In this document: piece by piece, positions 60,020 through 64,000 of the stretch | Layout of the letters: every line of letters starts with the position of its first letter | Numbering within the stretch: the first letter of the stretch is position 1 | From: Eledone cirrhosa | Taxonomy: Eukaryota | Assembly: GCA_964016885.1 (NCBI GenBank) | Contig: OZ024744.1 | Location: 135,408,001 to 135,472,000, forward strand | Reading direction: 5' to 3' | DNA length: 64,000 nucleotides | Position numbers and translations under genes: made by a program | The notes under the pieces: model-generated | What the model saw: the letters and a program-made list of their open reading frames with translations, nothing else | What the model was told of the DNA's origin: nothing | Databases searched by the model: none

Positions 60020-63000
60020 ACACACTGTGTGGTCATGTAGGTGTCACAACAAAAAGTACCCAGTCCACACTGTAACGTAGTCATGTAGGTGTCACAACAA
60101 AAAGTACCCAGTCCACACTGTAACGTAGTCATGTAGGTGTCACAACAAAAAGTACCCAGTACATACTGTAAAGTGGTCATGTAGGTACCATAACAAAAAG
60201 TACCCAGTACACACTGTAAAGTAGTCATGTAGGTGTCACAACAAAAAGCATCCAGTACACACTGTAAAGAAGTACTGTAGGTGTCACAACAAAAAGTACC
60301 CAGTACACACTGTAAAGTGGTCTTGTAGGTATCATGACAAAAAGTACCCAGTACACACTGTAAAGTGGTCATGTAGGTGACATGACAAAAAATACCCAGT
60401 AAACACTGGAAAGTGGTCAGTAGGTTTTACAACAAAAACTACACAGTACACACTGAAATGTAGTATGTAGGTGTCACAACAAGAAGTACCCAGTACACAT
60501 TGTAAATTGTTCATGTAGATCTCACAACAAAAAGTACCCAGTACACACTGTTGAGTGGTCATGTAGGTGTCACAACAAAAAGTACCCATTCCACACTGTA
60601 AAGTGGTCATGTAGATGTCACAACAAAAGAACACAGTACACACTGGAAAGTGGTCATGTAGGTATCATGACAAAAGGTACCGAGTACACACTGTAAAGTG
60701 GTAATGTAGGTGTAACAACAAAAAGTACCCATTCCACACTGTAAAGTGGTCATGTAACTGTCATGACAAAAGTACCCAGTACACACTGTAATGTGGTCAT
60801 GTAGGTGTCATTACAAAAAGTACCCAGTACACACTGTAAAGTGGTCATGTAGATGTCACAACAAAAAGTACCCAGTATACACTGTAAAGTAGTCAAGTAG
60901 GTATCACAACAAAAAGTACCCTGTACACACTGTAAAGTGGTCATGTAGGTGTCATGACAAAAAGTACCCAGTCCACACTGGAAAGTGGTAATGTAGGTGT
61001 CAACAAAAAGTACACAGTACACACTGTAAAGTGGTCATGTAGGTGTCACAACAAAAAGTACCCATTCCACACTGTGAAGTGGTCATGTAGATGTCACAAC
61101 AAAAAGTACCCAGTCCCTACTGTAAAGTGGTCATGTAGATGTAATGACAAAAAGTACCCAGTACACACTGTAAAGTGGTCATGTAGGCGTCACAACAAAA
61201 AGTACCCAGTACACACTGTAAAGGAGTCATGTAGGTGTCACAACAAAAAGTACCCAGAACACACTGTAAAGTGGTCATGTAGGTGTTATGACAAAAAATA
61301 CCCAGTAAACACTGGAAAGGGGTTATGTAGGTCTCACAACAAAAAATACCCAGTACACACTGTAAAGTGGTCATTATCGGTTTTACAACAAAAAGTACAC
61401 AGTACACACTGTAAAGTGGTTACGTAGGTGTCACAACAAAAAGTTGCCAGTCCACACTGTAAAGTAGTCATATAGGTGTCACAACAAAAAGTACACACTG
61501 TAAAGTGGTCATGTAGGTGTCACAAAAAAAGTATCCACTACTGTAATGTAGTCATGTAGGTGTCACAAAAAAAAGTACACAGTACACACAGTAAAGTAGT
61601 CATGTAGGTGTCACGACAAAAAGTACCCAGTACACACTGTAAAGTGGTCATGTAGGTATCATGATAAAAAGTACCCAGTACACACTGAAGGTTGTAATGT
61701 AGGTGTCATTACAAAAAATACCCAGTAAACACTGGAAAGTGGTCATGTAGGTGTCACACAGAAAGTACCCATTCCACACTGTAAAGTGGTCATGTAGATG
61801 TCAGAACAAAAAGTACCCAGTACACACTGTAAAGTGGTCATGTAGGTGTCACAACAAAAATTACCCAGTACATACTGTAAAGTGGTCATGAAGGTATCAT
61901 GACAAAAAGTACCCAGTACACACTGTAAAGTGGTCATGTAGGTGTCACAACAAAAATTACTCAGTACATACTGTAAAGTGGTTATGAAGGTGTCATGATA
62001 AAAAGTACCTATTCCACACTGTAAAGTGGTCATGTAGGTTTTACAACAAAAAGTACCCAATGCATACTGTAAAGTAGTCATGTAGGTGGCACAACAACAA
62101 GCACCCAGTACACACTGTAAAGTAGTGATGTAGGTGGCACAACAACAAGAACCCAGTACACACTGTAAAGTAGTAATGTAGGTGGCACAACAAGTACCCA
62201 GTACATACTGTAAAGTGGTCATGTAGGTGTAAATGACAAAAAGTACCCAGTCTACACTGTGTTGTCATGTAGGTGTCATGACGAAAAGTACCCAGTCCAC
62301 ACTGCAAAGTCGTCATGTAGGTGTCACAAGACAAAGTACCCAGTCCACACCGTAAAGTAGTCATGTAGGTGTCACAACAAAAAGTACTCAGTACACACTG
62401 TAAAGTGGTCATGTAGGTGTCACAACAACAAGCACCCAGTACACACTGTTAAGTGGTCATGTAGTCTCATGACAAATAGTACCAGTACACACTGTAAAGT
62501 AGTCATGTAGGTGGCACAACAAGTACCCAGTACATACTGTAAAGTGGTAATGTAGGTGTTATGACAAAAAGTACCCAGTCTACACTGTGTGGTCATGTAG
62601 GTGTCACAACAGAAAGTCCCCACTACACACAGTAAAGTGGTCATGTAGGTGTCATCACAAAAAGTACCCAATCCACACTGCAAAGTAGTCATGTAGGTGT
62701 CACAAGACAAAGTACCCAGTCCACACTGTAAAGTAGTCATGTAGGTGTCACAACAAAAAGTACCCAGTACACTCAGTAAAGTGGTCATGTAGGTGTCATG
62801 ACAAAAAGTATCCAGTACACACTGTAAAGTGGTCATGTAGGTGTCACAACAAAAAGTACCCAGTCCACACTGTAAAGTGGTCATGTAGGTGGCACAACAA
62901 AAAGTACCCAGTACACGCAGTAAAGTGGTCATGTAGGTGTCATGACAAAAAGTATCCAGTACACACTGTAAAGTGGTCATGTAGGTGTCACAACAAAAAG

Positions 63001-64000
63001 TACCCAGTACACACTGTAAAGTGGTCATGTCGGTGTCACAAAAAAAAGTACCCAGTACACACTGTAAAGTGGTCATGTAGGTGTCACAACAAAAAGTACC
63101 CAGTACACACTGTAAAGTGGTCATGTAGGTGTCATTATAAAAAATACCCAGTACACACTGTAAAGTGGTCATGTAGGTGTCATGACAACAAATACCCAGT
63201 AAACACTGGAAAGTGGTCATATAGGTGTCACAACAAAAAGTACCGAGTATACACTGTAAAGTGGTCATGTAGGTGTCCCAACAAAAAGTACCCAGTACAC
63301 ACTGTAAAGTGGTCATGTAGGTGTCACAACAAAAAGTAGCCATTCCACACTGTAAAGTGGTCATATAGGTGTCACAACAAAAAGTACCCAGTACACACTG
63401 TAAAGTGGTCATGTAGGTGTCACAACAAAAAGTACCCAGTACACACTGTAAAGTGGTCATGTAGGGGTCACAACACAAAATACCCAGTACACACTGTAAA
63501 GGGTCATGAAGGTGTCATGACAAAAAGTACCTAGTACACACTGTAAAGTGGTCATGTAGGTGTCACAACAAAACTTACTCATTACATACTGTAAAGTGGT
63601 TATGAAGGTGTCATGAGAGAAAGTACCCATGCCACACTGTAAAGTGGTCATGTAGGTGTCATGACAAATAGTACCCAGTACACACTGTAAAGTAGTCATG
63701 TAGGTGGCACAAAAAGTACCCAGTACATACTGTAAAGTAGTCATGTAGGTGGCACAACAAGTACCCAGTACACACTGTAAAGTAGTCATGTAGGTGGCAC
63801 AACAAGTACCCAGTACACACTGTAAAGTAGTCATGTAGGTGGCACAACAAAATGTACCCAGTCCACACGGTAAAGTGGTCATGTAGGTGTCACAACAAAA
63901 AGTACCCAGTACACACAGTAAAGTGGTCATGTAGGTGTCACAACAAAAAGTACCCAGTCCACACTGTAAAGTGGTCATGTAGGTGTCACAACAAAAAGTA
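60020..64000 (+). repeat. 48-bp minisatellite array (about 80 units, runs off the window) derived from the RTE 3'UTR
   Basis: Unit ACACACTGTAAAGTGGTCATGTAGGTGTCACAACAAAAAGTACCCAGT, the reverse complement of the array at 47155-47582. Confidence 0.95.

Noticed and set aside
60020-64000. Cys-rich repeat ORFs (MTTLQCVLGTFCCDTY)n, suggesting a metallothionein-like or structural protein
   Set aside because: This follows from a 48-bp unit with no stop in one frame. Frequent frameshifting indels, an intronic position and RTE 3'UTR origin argue against a gene.

Overview
Repeat-dense animal genomic DNA, most likely from a coleoid cephalopod (octopod-like). That call rests on the SINE and RTE families and the long (TA)n tracts and is an inference. 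The only clear host gene is the 3' end of PIK3R4/Vps15 on the minus strand: six GT-AG exons encoding the WD40 domain, with the stop codon at 31625-31627. There is also an orphan matrix-metalloproteinase catalytic exon on the plus strand and a decayed 5S rRNA copy. The rest is mobile DNA: a Gypsy LTR element nested in a Helitron, Tx1/L1-like LINEs, at least six RTE LINEs of two subfamilies, two Penelope-like elements (PLEs), an internally deleted mariner, many tRNA-SINEs, and minisatellites born from a SINE head and from an RTE 3'UTR. The most interesting signal is about ten minimal type-I hammerhead ribozyme motifs from at least six sequence-unrelated families. Several sit in short non-coding inverted-arm cassettes inserted in (TA)n. 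These cassettes share one layout: hammerhead, A(A/G)TAAA, ~45 nt, then a conserved CGGCTCTGT..ACATTGAGC stem-bulge-stem, with the opposite arm stopping just before that motif. All structures and alignments were read by eye and no searches were run.
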